A program made the position numbers and the translations under genes. From positions 1 through 55,719 of the forward strand of contig CAIMTB010000301.1 in the NCBI GenBank assembly GCA_903844265.1: a stretch of 55,719 nucleotides of DNA. The letters run 5' to 3'. This DNA comes from an uncultured Verrucomicrobiota bacterium. Its GTDB lineage: Bacteria > Verrucomicrobiota > Verrucomicrobiia > Limisphaerales > CAIMTB01. A model generated the notes under the pieces. It did no database searches. It was not told the origin of the DNA and saw only the letters and a list, made by a program, of their open reading frames with translations. Shown in pieces: positions 35,622 through 44,650 of the stretch (position 1 is the stretch's first letter; the number at the start of each line of letters is the position of its first letter).

Positions 35622-37151
35622 TCAGGCCTTCGGAGGTGCCGGGGAATTCGTCGATGGGGTGGGGGTCGGTGTCGAATTCGCGGGCTCGGCATCCGGTGGG
35701 CGGAGCGGAATGGCGGGCATGTCGAGCACGGTGCGGAGTTGGGCGGCGAGGACGTCGTCGAGAAATCCGTTCTTGGGGTCGATGACCTGGTCGAGGACGC
35801 GCCTGCGGATGACGGGCAGGGGATCGAGGTCGACGCGGTCGACGCGGACCTCTTCATTGCCGCGCATGGTCTTGAAGTCGACGCCCTTGGTGTAGGTCTG
35901 GGCGATTTTCTGGGCGAGACGGGCGTAGCCGTCGGCCTGGTCGGATTCTCCGACTGCGAGGTAGAAGAACGAGCGTTGGAGGATGCCCTCGATCATGAGG
36001 GTTGTCTTGTTGCGGGACGTCTCGCCGGCGTATTCGGTGACTCGCATGACGGCGTAATCATCGACCGTGATGCCATCGGGGACGGAGTTGGTGTAGGTCT
36101 TGCGGAGTTTATCGAACCACTTCGCGGCGTCGGACACGTGGTTCTGGGTGTAGAGCGTCCAGGCGAGATCGCGGAGGAAGTTCTTGTGACCGTTCTCGAT
36201 GTTCTGACGCATCTCCTGGTCGTCGCGGATCATGTCTTCGTAGGCGCGGTCGGCCTTCTCGGCCAGCACGAGGTTGGCGCCGATCTCGAAGCGTTTCATG
36301 TCCTTCTCGCCGCCGGCGACGGCGAGGAGTCGACCTCGGAGGCAGGCGAGGTGCATGGACTGGTAGATGACGCGGCGCAGCTGGATCAGCTGCGGTTTGG
36401 TCTTCGCGTTGTCGAGGCCGAGCATGGCCCAGTAAATCGCGTGGGATTCGGGGAGGCGCCATTCGAGCGGGCCGTACAACTCGTCGACCTTGCGCATGTA
36501 GGTCGGGTCGAGTTTGTAAATTTCCCGGAGGATCTGTGACTTCTCGCGTTGCTCGGGGGATTTGGGGTTGATGAGGACGTCCCAATCGGGATGGGTATCG
36601 CCGAGGACGTAGTTCATCTCGTAAGCCCACTGGCGTTTGTAGACCCAGTGGGCGTCGTCGAGGTCGGCGCCGAGCTTGTGTTGGAATTGCCAGGCGAGCT
36701 CGCGGTAGATGCCGGGATCGTGGGGGTTGTAGCGGAGGCCTTCGTCGCGGAGGAGCTCGATGGCCCGGCGGACCCAGGGCCAGCGCGCGGGCAGGTCGGG
36801 GATCTGGACCGAGACATTGTAGGACATGTTCCACGCGAGGTGGATCCACACCTGCGGGACGGTGGGCTGGAGTTTGCTGATCCAGTCGGCGAGCTGGACC
36901 ATTTCGAAGTACTTCCCGTCCTGCTGGAGTTCGTCCATCCGCATCCACAGCGCATTGGCGATGAGGCCGCGGAAGCCGCCGAGGGCGACGGTCGTGAAGG
37001 CGAGGACGGGTGGGGCGTTCTCGAGGGGTGCGGAGCGGGTGAGGCCGAGGACTTCGCGGTCGCGATTGAGCCGGTCCTGCGTGAGCGATGCGCCGAAGAG
37101 CGCCGCCACGATCAGCGCGATCATCGACCACTGGAAAAGGCGTCCGTTCAT
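35622..37151 (-). CDS. Membrane-anchored all-helical protein of unknown function (last gene of the ABC/SPFH array)
   Basis: 509 aa. Single N-terminal TM. Trp/Tyr-rich helical body. Pro/Thr-rich C-terminal tail. I recognise no family. Confidence 0.7.
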   Translation of the reverse strand: MNGRLFQWSMIALIVAALFGASLTQDRLNRDREVLGLTRSAPLENAPPVLAFTTVALGGFRGLIANALWMRMDELQQDGKYFEMVQLADWISKLQPTVPQVWIHLAWNMSYNVSVQIPDLPARWPWVRRAIELLRDEGLRYNPHDPGIYRELAWQFQHKLGADLDDAHWVYKRQWAYEMNYVLGDTHPDWDVLINPKSPEQREKSQILREIYKLDPTYMRKVDELYGPLEWRLPESHAIYWAMLGLDNAKTKPQLIQLRRVIYQSMHLACLRGRLLAVAGGEKDMKRFEIGANLVLAEKADRAYEDMIRDDQEMRQNIENGHKNFLRDLAWTLYTQNHVSDAAKWFDKLRKTYTNSVPDGITVDDYAVMRVTEYAGETSRNKTTLMIEGILQRSFFYLAVGESDQADGYARLAQKIAQTYTKGVDFKTMRGNEEVRVDRVDLDPLPVIRRRVLDQVIDPKNGFLDDVLAAQLRTVLDMPAIPLRPPDAEPANSTPTPTPSTNSPAPPKA

Positions 37152-37160
37152 CGGGGCGGG

Positions 37161-38960
37161 TCAGTGGTTGGACTGCGCGGTGGCCAGTTCGCGGCGTGTG
37201 AACGCGAAGATGCCGATGGCTGCGAACATCCCGCCGAGCAGGATGACCACAATGCCGACGGCCTGGCAGAGTTCGGTCCAGGTGACGCTTCGCCCGCTGC
37301 TGACGGCATCGATGGGCGAGAACTGCTGGACAAGGCTCACCACCTTCAACAGGACCTGGAAGATGGGCAGCATCAGGGCGTCGACCGCGGGGTTCACGCG
37401 TTCGGTGCTGTCGTGTTGGAACCCGAGGACGGTCCTGTCTTCGACGACCGACTTCAGGGTGCCTGTGGAGAGGCCGAGGATGAGGACGGTGGTGGCGAGG
37501 AATGCGGCGACGGGGAAGGACAGGAAGCTCGCGGCGGAGAGTCCGATGGCGGCGAGCAGGCCGAGCCAGCTGAAGAGAACGAGGCAGGCGCGGATGTAAT
37601 TGAGGCCGAAACCGCCTTCGCGGTAGAGCACCTCGAAGCCGTCATCGAGCGGGATCAGCAACGGCACGCCGCTGCGGTTGGCGATGTCGACGGTGAGCGA
37701 TCCATCGGGGTCGAGGGTGGCATGGTCGAACTGGATTTCATGCTGCGCCTCGGCGGCGAGGCTGCGAAAGGCGGTCTCGCGCTTCGCGCCCTCGGCCGGG
37801 CCGACGATGATCTCGAGTTCATACGGCCGTTTCGCGCTGAGCTCCGGTGTGTGGAACTTGAGGCGGACGAAGATCGGCTGGCCCTCGACGCGATCGGCGG
37901 CGTGCCGAAGATTGGGTCGGAATCTGCGGAAATGATCGGCGGGGACGACCTGGTCCTTGGCCTTGATCACTTCGCGGGCCTGGGCCCGGAACTCATCGAG
38001 GTTCACTCCCTTGGCCTGCAGTTCGGAAAGCCGTGCGCGGAGGATTTTCTCGGCGCGTTCGTCGATGTCGGCGATGGGTTCGCGGGCAGACGCGCGGGCC
38101 GTGAGGACGTTGTTGTGGAGCGCCTCCTGGACCTGGGGTGGGAGCTGGGTGGCGCGCCACTGCATCAGGAGATAGACGGCGCCGGTGGAAGTGCCGAGGA
38201 GGATGGCGTTCAGCACCATGATCCCGACCCATTTGCCGACCCAGATCTGCCAGCGCGGGATGGGTTTGGCTGCGACGACCTGCATGTGGCAGTCGTCGAT
38301 GTCGCGAGCGAGGGTGCCGCAGGCGAGCCACAGCGTGACCATGCTGAGCAGCGCGGTGATGATGCCGAGCGTGTAGGTGAGCAGGATCTGGGTGAAGCCG
38401 GCTGCGGTCTCGTCGTGTTTGATGACCACGGGCAGGACCACCACGGCTCCGACAAGGAGTGCCATCAGCACGATCACCAGACGATAGCGGAAGGCGGCGC
38501 GGACGGTCAGTCGTGCGATGGCCCAGAGCTGCTGCATCGAGGGGGGCGGGAATGCGAAGAAGCCGGCGTCCGTGTGGCGCGGTTTCGATTCCTGCGGAAT
38601 CCGCCCGTCGTTGCGGGCGACCAGGGCCACGGCATCCGAGTTTCGAGCCGCGACGATTCTTCCGAGGTATTCGTGCCCGAGATCCTCCTGTGCGGTCGCG
38701 AGCCATTCGGGTCCGCGGAAGAGCGCCACCAATCGTGGAGCGAGCAGTGCGAGGCCGATGGCGATGGGCTGGGTCGGGAGGAGCGCCGGCATCAACAGCG
38801 CGAGCAATCCATCGACTACCAGGAACAGCGCGGCGCGTAACCACAAGCGATGCCGGAGGGCCCAGGCCCACGACAGCGGCAAGGCGAGCCATGCGGGTCC
38901 GGCGGAGATTGCGCGGAACCTGCCGTCGGATTCTCGAAAGACTTGGAACGTGCCGGCCAT
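37161..38960 (-). CDS. ABC-2-type permease-like protein with extra N-terminal 2-TM module and a large extracytoplasmic insert
   Basis: 599 aa. ABC-2-like TM core with ...LARDIDDCHMQVVAAKPIPRWQIWVGKW (position of the ExxxGT..PxxR motif). A roughly 200-aa soluble insert. C-terminal TM bundle. Confidence 0.65.
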   Translation of the reverse strand: MAGTFQVFRESDGRFRAISAGPAWLALPLSWAWALRHRLWLRAALFLVVDGLLALLMPALLPTQPIAIGLALLAPRLVALFRGPEWLATAQEDLGHEYLGRIVAARNSDAVALVARNDGRIPQESKPRHTDAGFFAFPPPSMQQLWAIARLTVRAAFRYRLVIVLMALLVGAVVVLPVVIKHDETAAGFTQILLTYTLGIITALLSMVTLWLACGTLARDIDDCHMQVVAAKPIPRWQIWVGKWVGIMVLNAILLGTSTGAVYLLMQWRATQLPPQVQEALHNNVLTARASAREPIADIDERAEKILRARLSELQAKGVNLDEFRAQAREVIKAKDQVVPADHFRRFRPNLRHAADRVEGQPIFVRLKFHTPELSAKRPYELEIIVGPAEGAKRETAFRSLAAEAQHEIQFDHATLDPDGSLTVDIANRSGVPLLIPLDDGFEVLYREGGFGLNYIRACLVLFSWLGLLAAIGLSAASFLSFPVAAFLATTVLILGLSTGTLKSVVEDRTVLGFQHDSTERVNPAVDALMLPIFQVLLKVVSLVQQFSPIDAVSSGRSVTWTELCQAVGIVVILLGGMFAAIGIFAFTRRELATAQSNH

Positions 38961-38981
38961 CGGTGGGTGTGCGTGCGGAGA

Positions 38982-40214
38982 CTATTTCTTCTTCGAATCA
39001 CCGAGCAACGAGGCGAGCTTGTCGTCGGCCTTGCCGAGGTCGGCGGGCGGCGTCGTGGCGGCGGGCTTGTCGGAAGGAGTGCCCGGGGTCGCCGCGGGTT
39101 TGGCCGGGGCGGGGGCCGGTTCGGCGAGGATGTTGGCGAGGCGCCGTTCGGTGGCGGCGGGTCTGGCGTCGGGGACGGCGGCTGCCTTGGGTGCTGCGGG
39201 GGCGGGAGCGGCGGCGAGACTTTCGAGAACGCGCTCGCCGTGGTTGATGGCGGGTGCGGGGTCTCCCTGGAGGTAGGCGGCCACGCGGCCACCGGACGTT
39301 GCGCCGGAGGTATGGGCTTCGGCGGCGCGGGCGCGCTGGACCACGCCGAGGAAATAGCTCTCGAGATTCTGCGTCGGGGAGTCCATGCGGACGGCGTCCG
39401 GGGAAGTCTCGGCGCGGAGGATTTGCAGGACGCGCTCCAGTGTTTCGGGGGGGAGGAGCGGGGTTGTGATGCGGAGGGAGTCGCGTTCGGTGAGGAGTTC
39501 AGCGAGCGTGCCCATCGCCTGGATCTTGCCGCCGTAGTAGATGACCACGCGGTCGCAGACATCCTGGACATCGGCGAGGAGATGGCTGCTGAGGATCACG
39601 GTCTTGCCGCGTTTCGCGAGGGCGAGGATGAGGTCCTTGACCTCGCGGCAGCCGATGGGATCGAGGCCGGACGTGGGTTCATCGAGGATGACGAGGTCGG
39701 GATCGTTGATGAGCGCCTGGGCGAGGCCGATGCGGCGCTGCATGCCCTTGGAGAATTCGCCGACCACGCGGCGCTGGACGTTTTTCAGTCCGACCATCTC
39801 GAGCAACTGCTCCGTGCGTTCCTGGCGTTTGGCGGCGGGCAGTTGGAAGAGGTTGCCGAAGAAATCGAGCGTCTCGCGGGAATCGAGGTAGCGGTAGAGA
39901 TAGCTCTCCTCGGGGAGATAACCGATGCGGGCCTTGGTCGCCACGTGGCGCGGGGAACGGCCGAAGACATCGATCACTCCCTTCGTGGGATACAGCAGTC
40001 CGAGCAGCATCTTGACCGTCGTGGACTTGCCGGAGCCGTTGGGCCCGAGCAGCCCGAAGACCTCGCCGCGTCGGACCTCGAACGAGACGTTGTCGACCGC
40101 GCGCGCCTTCGGGCGACCCCAGAAGTCCTTGAAAACCTTGGTGAGTCCGGACACGCGGACGATGGCGTCCGAGGGTGCGTCCGTGCCTGTCGCGGCTTGG
40201 GATTGGGGAGGCAT
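38982..40214 (-). CDS. ABC transporter ATP-binding protein with ~130-aa Ala/Pro-rich C-terminal extension
   Basis: Walker A GPNGSGKST. Signature region FSKGMQRR. Walker B LVILDEPTSGLD. Confidence 0.9.
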   Translation of the reverse strand: MPPQSQAATGTDAPSDAIVRVSGLTKVFKDFWGRPKARAVDNVSFEVRRGEVFGLLGPNGSGKSTTVKMLLGLLYPTKGVIDVFGRSPRHVATKARIGYLPEESYLYRYLDSRETLDFFGNLFQLPAAKRQERTEQLLEMVGLKNVQRRVVGEFSKGMQRRIGLAQALINDPDLVILDEPTSGLDPIGCREVKDLILALAKRGKTVILSSHLLADVQDVCDRVVIYYGGKIQAMGTLAELLTERDSLRITTPLLPPETLERVLQILRAETSPDAVRMDSPTQNLESYFLGVVQRARAAEAHTSGATSGGRVAAYLQGDPAPAINHGERVLESLAAAPAPAAPKAAAVPDARPAATERRLANILAEPAPAPAKPAATPGTPSDKPAATTPPADLGKADDKLASLLGDSKKK

Positions 40215-40235
40215 GTCAGTGGTGGGGATTCCGCG

Positions 40236-42314
40236 TCACGCCATCTTGGGTCGGAGCTCGCCTTTGTCTCTCGGCGCGTCTGTCGAGGTGGTGGCGGCGG
40301 TGCCTGGCGTTGCGGGTTGTTCCTGGATGAACGGCTCGAGTTCCTCGCCCTGGCGGACGAGGCGGAAGCTGTTGAAGATGACGAGCAGCGCGCCGAGGAC
40401 GTGCATCATCGCGGCGACGATCGGCGGGATGAACTTCATGGCGGCGAGGATGAGGCCGCCGATGACGAAGACGATGCCGACCATGAAATTCTGGTTGATG
40501 ACCGCGCGGGTCATGCGCGAGAGGCGGATCAGGAACGGCAGGCGGCGGAGGTCGTTGTTCATGAGGGCGATCGAGGCGCTGTTGATCGCGACCTCGCTGC
40601 CGGCGGCGCCCATGGCGACCCCCAGGTCACCTGCGGCGAGAGCCGGGGCGTCATTGACGCCGTCGCCGACCACCGCGACGTGGTAGCCCTTCGCTCGAAT
40701 CGCCTTCACGTACTCGACCTTGTTTTCTGGCAGGCACTCCCCGGTGACATCGTCGCAGCCCACTTCCGCGCCGACGCGCTTCGCGACCGGCATGCGGTCG
40801 CCGCTGACCATGGCGATGCGGCGCACTCCGATCTCGCGAAGTTCGGCGATCGCCTCCCTTGCCTCGGCGCGGGTCTGGTCCTTGAGCCCGACCCAGCCGA
40901 CGCAGCGGCCGTCGGCGGCGACAAACACCAGGCTGAAACCTTCGTTCTCGTCGAGGTCGGCGACGCTGGCGAATCCGGCGGGCACGCCATTGTCGATGAG
41001 CCACTGGGCGCGGCCGACGAGGACCTTACGTCCATCGATCGTCGCGGTGACGCCGCGGCCGGCGGTTTCCTTGAAATCCTTGGGATCGGCGAGCGGCACG
41101 GCGGCTTCCTCGGCGAGGGCGGAGAGGGCGCGGGCGGTCGGGTGATTGCTGAAGCGCTCGGCCGAGGCGGTGAGGCGGAGGAGTTCCGAGGGTCGCATGT
41201 CGCCGATTGGGGCGAGGCGCGAGACGGCGAGGCGGCCGTGGGTGAGCGTTCCGGTCTTGTCGAACACGAAGGCGTTGATGCGCGCTGCGAGTTCGATGTT
41301 CGCGATGTTCTTGATGAGGATGCCGAGGCGCGCGGCGGCGGAAAGCGCGGCCACCATCGCGGTCGGGGTGGCGAGGATGAACGCGCAGGGGCAGGCCACG
41401 ATGAACACCGCGATCACGCGGCTCAGGTCCTGGGTGAAGGTCCAGACCAGCGCCCCGACGACCAGCACCAACGGGGTGTAGAAGCCCATGTACTGGTCGA
41501 CAATCCGCATGATCGGCAGGCGGGTCTGTTCCGCGGCGAGAATGAGCGAACGCACGCGGCCGAGCGTGGTATCCTGGCCGGCGCGGCTGACCTTCACCTC
41601 GAGGACGCCGGTGAGGTTCTGGGTGCCGGCGAACACCTCGTCGCCGACCTTCTTGTCCACGGGCAGTGATTCGCCGGTGATGTTGGCCTGGTTCAGCGTC
41701 GTCTGGCCGGAGAGGATGATGCCATCGGCGGAGACATTGTCGCCGGGGCGGACGCGGATGACATCGCCGACGGCGAGTTCAGAGACGGCGACCTCGTCTT
41801 CGGCGCCATCGGCGCGGAGGCGTCGGGCCTTGGTGGGGGTGAGTTTGATCAGGGACTCGATCGAGCGCCGGGCGCCGTCTGCGGTTCGGGTTTCGATGAT
41901 TTCGCCGAGCAGCATGAAGAAGGCGACCATGCCGGCCTCGCGGTAGTTGCCGGATGCGAAGGATGCGATCACGGCGAGCGCGACGAGTTCGTTGGTGGAG
42001 AGTCGTCCGGCGCGGAGGTCCTTGAGGGCGGTACGGACGATGGGCCAGCCGAGGACGAGTGCGCCGATCATGGCGCTGGCGTCGGCGGCCATGAGGCCTT
42101 TCTCGAAGAACCAATCGACGAGGAAGGCGTTGACCACGAAGAGGAGGCCGATGACCACCTGGGTCAGTTTGACCTCGGAATGCGAGTGGTCGTGGCCGCA
42201 GGACGAGCAGGATTCGCCTGGGGCGTGGTCATGGTGGGGATGATCGTGGTCGTGGTGCCCGTGCTCGTGCGGTGGGGCGCCTTCCTGCCGGCTGAGGAGA
42301 GAGGTGACTTGCAT
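40236..42314 (-). CDS. P1B-type heavy-metal-translocating ATPase (CPC type) with His-rich N-terminus
   Basis: TGES, ACPCAFILATP, DKTGTLT, GDGVNDAP. N-terminal HEHGHHDHDHPHHDH...CSSCGHDHSHS. No ferredoxin-like HMA domain. Confidence 0.9.
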   Translation of the reverse strand: MQVTSLLSRQEGAPPHEHGHHDHDHPHHDHAPGESCSSCGHDHSHSEVKLTQVVIGLLFVVNAFLVDWFFEKGLMAADASAMIGALVLGWPIVRTALKDLRAGRLSTNELVALAVIASFASGNYREAGMVAFFMLLGEIIETRTADGARRSIESLIKLTPTKARRLRADGAEDEVAVSELAVGDVIRVRPGDNVSADGIILSGQTTLNQANITGESLPVDKKVGDEVFAGTQNLTGVLEVKVSRAGQDTTLGRVRSLILAAEQTRLPIMRIVDQYMGFYTPLVLVVGALVWTFTQDLSRVIAVFIVACPCAFILATPTAMVAALSAAARLGILIKNIANIELAARINAFVFDKTGTLTHGRLAVSRLAPIGDMRPSELLRLTASAERFSNHPTARALSALAEEAAVPLADPKDFKETAGRGVTATIDGRKVLVGRAQWLIDNGVPAGFASVADLDENEGFSLVFVAADGRCVGWVGLKDQTRAEAREAIAELREIGVRRIAMVSGDRMPVAKRVGAEVGCDDVTGECLPENKVEYVKAIRAKGYHVAVVGDGVNDAPALAAGDLGVAMGAAGSEVAINSASIALMNNDLRRLPFLIRLSRMTRAVINQNFMVGIVFVIGGLILAAMKFIPPIVAAMMHVLGALLVIFNSFRLVRQGEELEPFIQEQPATPGTAATTSTDAPRDKGELRPKMA
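42180..42269 (-). other. His-rich / CxxC metal-binding tract of the P-type ATPase
   Basis: Residues 16-45 contain 12 His plus CSSC. Confidence 0.8.
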
Positions 42315-42391
42315 GGCGGTGGGGGTCGGATCAGCGGCGGATCAGGGTGGGGGCGAAAGCGGAGGGAGTGGGCGACGTGTCGGTTGAAGCG

Positions 42392-43630
42392 TCACTGCGG
42401 GAGCATCTGCTTCGGGGGCTTGACCGGTTCGCGGTTGATCATCAGGCGCAGTTCGTCGCCGGTCTTGAGGGGCGCGAAGAATTTCTCCTGCGCGTTGGTG
42501 AGGATCCGGCGCATCGATTCGATCTGGAGCCGGTCGCGGAAGTACTCCGGGTTCTTGCGGTATTCAGGCAGGAGGTTCGCGAACTTGCGGGCCTCGGACC
42601 CGACTGTCTGGACCATGCGATTGCGCTCGGTTTCGCCGGTGTTGATGCGGGACGTGGCGAGGCCGTACGCCTCGTTGACGACGCGGTTCGAATACGTCTG
42701 GGCTTCGCTGAGTGCCTCGGAGCGCTTGATTTCGGCGGCGAGAACCGCGGCGAACTCGGCTTTCACCTGGCGCGGGCGCAGGGTTTCGATCTGGCTGGGC
42801 TCGATCGTGACGCCGAGGGCGTGTTGGGCGACGAGTTCGTTGAGGCGCTTCATCACGACCTCCTTGAAGCCCGTGATGTCGCGGCGGAGTGCGTCGTCGA
42901 CCCGGTACCGTGCCGAGGCGTACATGAGCCCGTTGTCGACCAGGTTGGTCATCACCGACGCGCCGTCGCGATGGTTCAGGAAGAACTTCAGCGGCTCGGT
43001 GATCCGGTAACGGATCGAAGCTCGGGTGTGGATGATGTTGCCGTCGCCCGTGATCGCATAGCCTTCGGACGCCGGGTTCAGGGAAGCGCCGACCTCGGGT
43101 TCCGTGCCTTCTGCCTCCTGCGCCGCGGTCACGGCGAACCAGCCTACCGTCGATTGGACCGTCTGGATCTGCGCCACCGGCATCTTCACCACCTCGTCGA
43201 TGGGATAGGGAAAGGCCCAATGCAACCCCGCCCCGAGCTCCAGCTGCCCGGCGTGAAGCACGGGCTTTCCGAAACGCAGCACGATGGCGCGTTCCTGCGA
43301 TGTGACCGTGAAGATGCCGCTGCTCAGGAAATACACCACAAGGCCTGCGAGCAGAAAGCGGACGACCGCGAAACTGCTGCGCAACGCCTCGGCAAGCGCC
43401 ACGGCACCGGCGTCCTCGGATTGCTCGAGCGGGCGTGGGACCTCGGGCGACGGGCGGTGCGGATGGGTGTGCCCGTGGTCATGCGGGTGGGCATGATCAT
43501 GGGCATGATCATGGGAATGACCGTGGTCGTGGTCGTGATCGTGCCCGTGATCGTGGTCATGGTTGTGATCATGATCATGGGAGTGACCGTGGCCCTTGCC
43601 GTGATTGTGTTTGGAGGAATCGGCGCTCAT
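42392..43630 (-). CDS. hflK: HflK-like SPFH/band-7 protein with (His-X)n N-terminus
   Basis: SPFH domain. C-terminal FANLLPEYRKNPEYFRDRLQIESMRRIL closely parallels E. coli HflK FAKLLPEYKAAPEITRERLYIETMEKVL. Confidence 0.85.
   Translation of the reverse strand: MSADSSKHNHGKGHGHSHDHDHNHDHDHGHDHDHDHGHSHDHAHDHAHPHDHGHTHPHRPSPEVPRPLEQSEDAGAVALAEALRSSFAVVRFLLAGLVVYFLSSGIFTVTSQERAIVLRFGKPVLHAGQLELGAGLHWAFPYPIDEVVKMPVAQIQTVQSTVGWFAVTAAQEAEGTEPEVGASLNPASEGYAITGDGNIIHTRASIRYRITEPLKFFLNHRDGASVMTNLVDNGLMYASARYRVDDALRRDITGFKEVVMKRLNELVAQHALGVTIEPSQIETLRPRQVKAEFAAVLAAEIKRSEALSEAQTYSNRVVNEAYGLATSRINTGETERNRMVQTVGSEARKFANLLPEYRKNPEYFRDRLQIESMRRILTNAQEKFFAPLKTGDELRLMINREPVKPPKQMLPQ
43457..43609 (-). other. 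Alternating His-X dipeptide tract (residues 8-58 of the HflK-like protein)
   Basis: HNHGKGHGHSHDHDHNHDHDHGHDHDHDHGHSHDHAHDHAHPHDHGHTHPH. Every even position from 8 to 58 is His except K12. The DNA is not a perfect microsatellite (mixed CAC/CAT, GAC/GAT). Confidence 0.9.
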
Positions 43631-43642
43631 GGGCGGATCACA

Positions 43643-44551
43643 TTACTTGGCGCTGGGGAGCGCGGTCTTGGCTTCCGGTTTCACGAGCAGGTCGAAGGGT
43701 GGGGTGCGCGGGTCGACGATGAGCGTGGAACGTTCCTTGAGTGCGGCCTCGAGGGCATTGAGCTTGAGGATGAGGATGGCGAGCTCGGGATCCTGCTGGA
43801 AGACCGAGAACGACTTGGCGGCCTCGGCTTCGCCTTCGCCTCGGATGCGTGCGGCCTGGGCATCGGCCTCGGCGAGGAGTCGGTCGCGTTCGCGGTCGGC
43901 GGCGGACTTCACCTCTGCGGCTTCGCGCTGGCCCTCGGACCGGAGGCGTTCGATCTCGGTGTTGCGTTCGGCCTTCATGCGGTCGAAGACCTTTTCGGTG
44001 ACGCTTTCCGGGAGGCCGATGCGCTTGATGCGGACGACGTCGATTGCGATGCCGTAGGCCTTGGAGGCCTCCTGGACGGCGGTGAGCACTTCCTTTTCGA
44101 TCTCGTCGAACTTGAGATCGGCGGGGTTGACCGAGACGAAGTGTGAGAAGGGGTGGCGGCCGACGACGGCGTTTTTGGCGGTGCGGAGGGGGTTCTCGAG
44201 GAAGCGTTCGCCTTCGGATATGGAGCCGCCGTTGGACGCGCTGTAGAAGAGTGCGGGATCGGAGATGCGCCATCCGGTGAACATCATGATCAGCAGGCTG
44301 CGGTAGTCGGACGTGATGTTTTCCTCGAACTTGCCCTCGGAACTCTGCAGGCGCTTGTCGAGCTTGGTGACCTTCTGGACCGGCCACGGCCACTTGAAGT
44401 AGAGGCCTGGTTCGGTGATGGGGCGGGTGGCCTTGCCGAAGGTCGTGACCACCGCGACCTCGGTCTGGCGGACCTGGAAGAGGAAGAGCAGCAGGAGGAA
44501 CAGCGCCAGCAGCGAGGTGCCGATGACGAGATTGAGGCGACCGGTCTTCAT
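43643..44551 (-). CDS. hflC: HflC-like SPFH/band-7 protein
   Basis: N-terminal TM. SPFH domain. RMKAERNTEIERLRSEGQREAAEVKS...IRGEGEAEAAK is typical of HflC. Confidence 0.85.
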   Translation of the reverse strand: MKTGRLNLVIGTSLLALFLLLLFLFQVRQTEVAVVTTFGKATRPITEPGLYFKWPWPVQKVTKLDKRLQSSEGKFEENITSDYRSLLIMMFTGWRISDPALFYSASNGGSISEGERFLENPLRTAKNAVVGRHPFSHFVSVNPADLKFDEIEKEVLTAVQEASKAYGIAIDVVRIKRIGLPESVTEKVFDRMKAERNTEIERLRSEGQREAAEVKSAADRERDRLLAEADAQAARIRGEGEAEAAKSFSVFQQDPELAILILKLNALEAALKERSTLIVDPRTPPFDLLVKPEAKTALPSAK

Positions 44552-44650
44552 GGGTGGATCAGGGATCTGGGAAATCAGGTTCGAGGCTCGCGTGCGATGC
44601 GACTGTCAGGTTCGGTTCAGCTCGTGGATGGGCGACGAACTACCGTTCAA

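Noticed and set aside
43457-43609. His-X tract as a sequencing or slippage artefact
   Set aside because: The DNA is not a perfect di- or hexanucleotide repeat (mixed CAC/CAT, GAC/GAT and interspersed Gly/Ser/Ala/Asn/Pro codons). The frame continues into a well-conserved HflK body.
42392-44551. HflK/HflC as ordinary FtsH modulators
   Set aside because: This is not excluded (ftsH could be elsewhere). However, no ftsH is adjacent, the gene order is inverted, and the flanking genes are a metal pump and a third SPFH paralogue, so the classical reading alone does not explain the locus.
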